Assembly (NCBI RefSeq): GCF_037042905.1
Contig: NW_026974141.1
Coordinates: 8,184,001-8,248,000, forward strand
Length of the DNA: 64,000 nucleotides
Origin: Lytechinus pictus
Taxonomy: Eukaryota
Direction: 5' to 3'
Shown: one piece after another, positions 63,011-64,000 of the stretch
How the letters are laid out: each line of letters begins with the position of its first letter
Position numbering within the stretch: position 1 is the stretch's first letter
Notes under the pieces: model-generated
Databases searched by the model: none
What the model was told of the DNA's origin: nothing
The model's input: only the letters and a program-made list of their open reading frames with translations
Made by a program: the position numbers and the translations under genes

Positions 63011-63168
63011 AAAAAATCACCACCACCATCACCAAATGTACTTGGCCTAAACAAAAACAAAATTTAAAAAAAGAATAAAATTCTGTACGTATCACTAGGT
63101 AGAAATCACTATGGTCAGTCGGGTTACAGCGCAAACATTTTTATAGCCTCATCCCTACACTGTCATAC

Positions 63169-63366
63169 CTGCGTTTTCTGTATCCAATATAACGACGGCG
63201 ACATTGTAGCGACTGACGATGGCATTAGGAGGGCAGCTAACCACGAGCTGGTACTCGGGACCTTTAGTACCGACGACACGGATCCCCCATTCGCCGAGGG
63301 TCTCTTCGCTCCGACTGAAGGGCATACGGATCACCGTGCCATTGTGGGCAGAAGAAACTTTGGCAC
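63169..63366 (-). CDS. Transglutaminase exon (N-terminal beta-sandwich)
   Basis: gacag| GAKVSSAHNGTVIRMPF...EWGIRVVG...VSCPPNAIVSRYNVAVVILDTENA |gtatga; P..A.V..Y sandwich motif; phase 1-1. Confidence 0.88.
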
Positions 63367-63544
63367 CTGTCGGTTTCAAAGATGAAATTGAAAGGAGGTT
63401 GTGAGAAAGAATTGCGGGGAAAGTTGTGTGTCAAAAGGGGACAAGGAAATGTTCATGAGTGTATCAATAACTAAGAGTTCTGCTGTTGATTTTTAGAAGG
63501 AATGACAACAAAAACTATTCAACTTGTGGAAGGTTGCATGCATT

Positions 63545-63807
63545 CATCACCACCCCCGCAACAACCAATACCACCACCATTACTACCAGCCCTACTGATC
63601 TTAGTAATACTACCACCACCACTACTGCCACTAGTTCTAATTTTACTGCTACTACTACTGCTGCTGCTATTACTATTACCACTACTACTACTACTACCAC
63701 CACCACCACCAACACAACTACCACCACCACCACCACAACTACGAAAACTACCACCCTGCTACTACTACTACTGCTGCTACTTCTACTACTACAACCATTA
63801 CCAACTC

Positions 63808-63843
<36 letters not shown>

Positions 63844-64000
63844 CACCACCACTACTACCACCACCACCACCACCACAACTACCACCCTACATGTACTACT
63901 ACTACCACCAAAACTACCACCCTGCTACTACTACTGCTGCTACTTCTACTACTACTACTACAACCATTACCAACTCTACTACTTCTACTTCTACTACTAC
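63545..64000. repeat. (CTA/CCA)n microsatellite running off the window
   Basis: Directly visible. Confidence 0.95.

Larger units (their letters stand above)
51022..63366 (-). other. Protein-glutamine gamma-glutamyltransferase (transglutaminase) gene, 5'-truncated by the window edge; about 630 aa visible in 11 exons
   Basis: LFNAWC..D.VFM, W.FGQFE, GNWSGDY.DG..P..W.GS, VKYGQCWVFSGV (Cys 59165-59167), WNFHVWNE (His 58455-58457), [12 protein letters not shown] (Asp 58386-58388), FAEVNAD, GSEEER, C-terminal barrel F.NPLP..LTNC. Splice phases are consistent wherever visible. Confidence 0.96.

Noticed and set aside
14065-63366. Functional coupling of the glutamate transporter and the glutamine-crosslinking enzyme as a system
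   Set aside because: Adjacency alone is not evidence in an animal genome. The genes are convergent and share no promoter; conserved synteny or co-expression data would be needed.

Overview
Animal genomic DNA: AT-rich, GT-AG introns, dense SINEs/MITEs and a 491-N assembly gap. The repeat content and frequent TACATGTA suggest an invertebrate deuterostome such as a sea urchin (inference). Two spliced genes lie tail-to-tail. (1) On +, a complete 10-coding-exon SLC1 glutamate transporter (14065-39367, 548 aa by my exon joining, all phases consistent) that looks like EAAT2/GLT-1. (2) On -, a transglutaminase with an intact Cys-His-Asp triad: 11 exons visible from 63366 to the stop at 51022, its 5' end beyond the window and one exon end hidden in the gap. 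Both appear to have multi-kb 3'UTRs ending about 1 kb apart (~46.0 and ~46.9 kb). The rest is non-autonomous transposons (Kolobok-like, piggyBac-like, PIF/Harbinger-like, a Helentron-type HINE), tRNA-derived SINEs and satellites. Almost all short ORFs in the supplied track are noise. I found no convincing new multi-gene system. The best leads are: a young foldback element carrying a palindromic double-octamer/TATA cassette (7268-7823); decoy partial copies of a transglutaminase exon whose Ca-site loop is itself remodelled (60708-61250); a DR1 array in a HINE inside the transporter's long intron; and a nested insertion that shows a TTAA target duplication directly.
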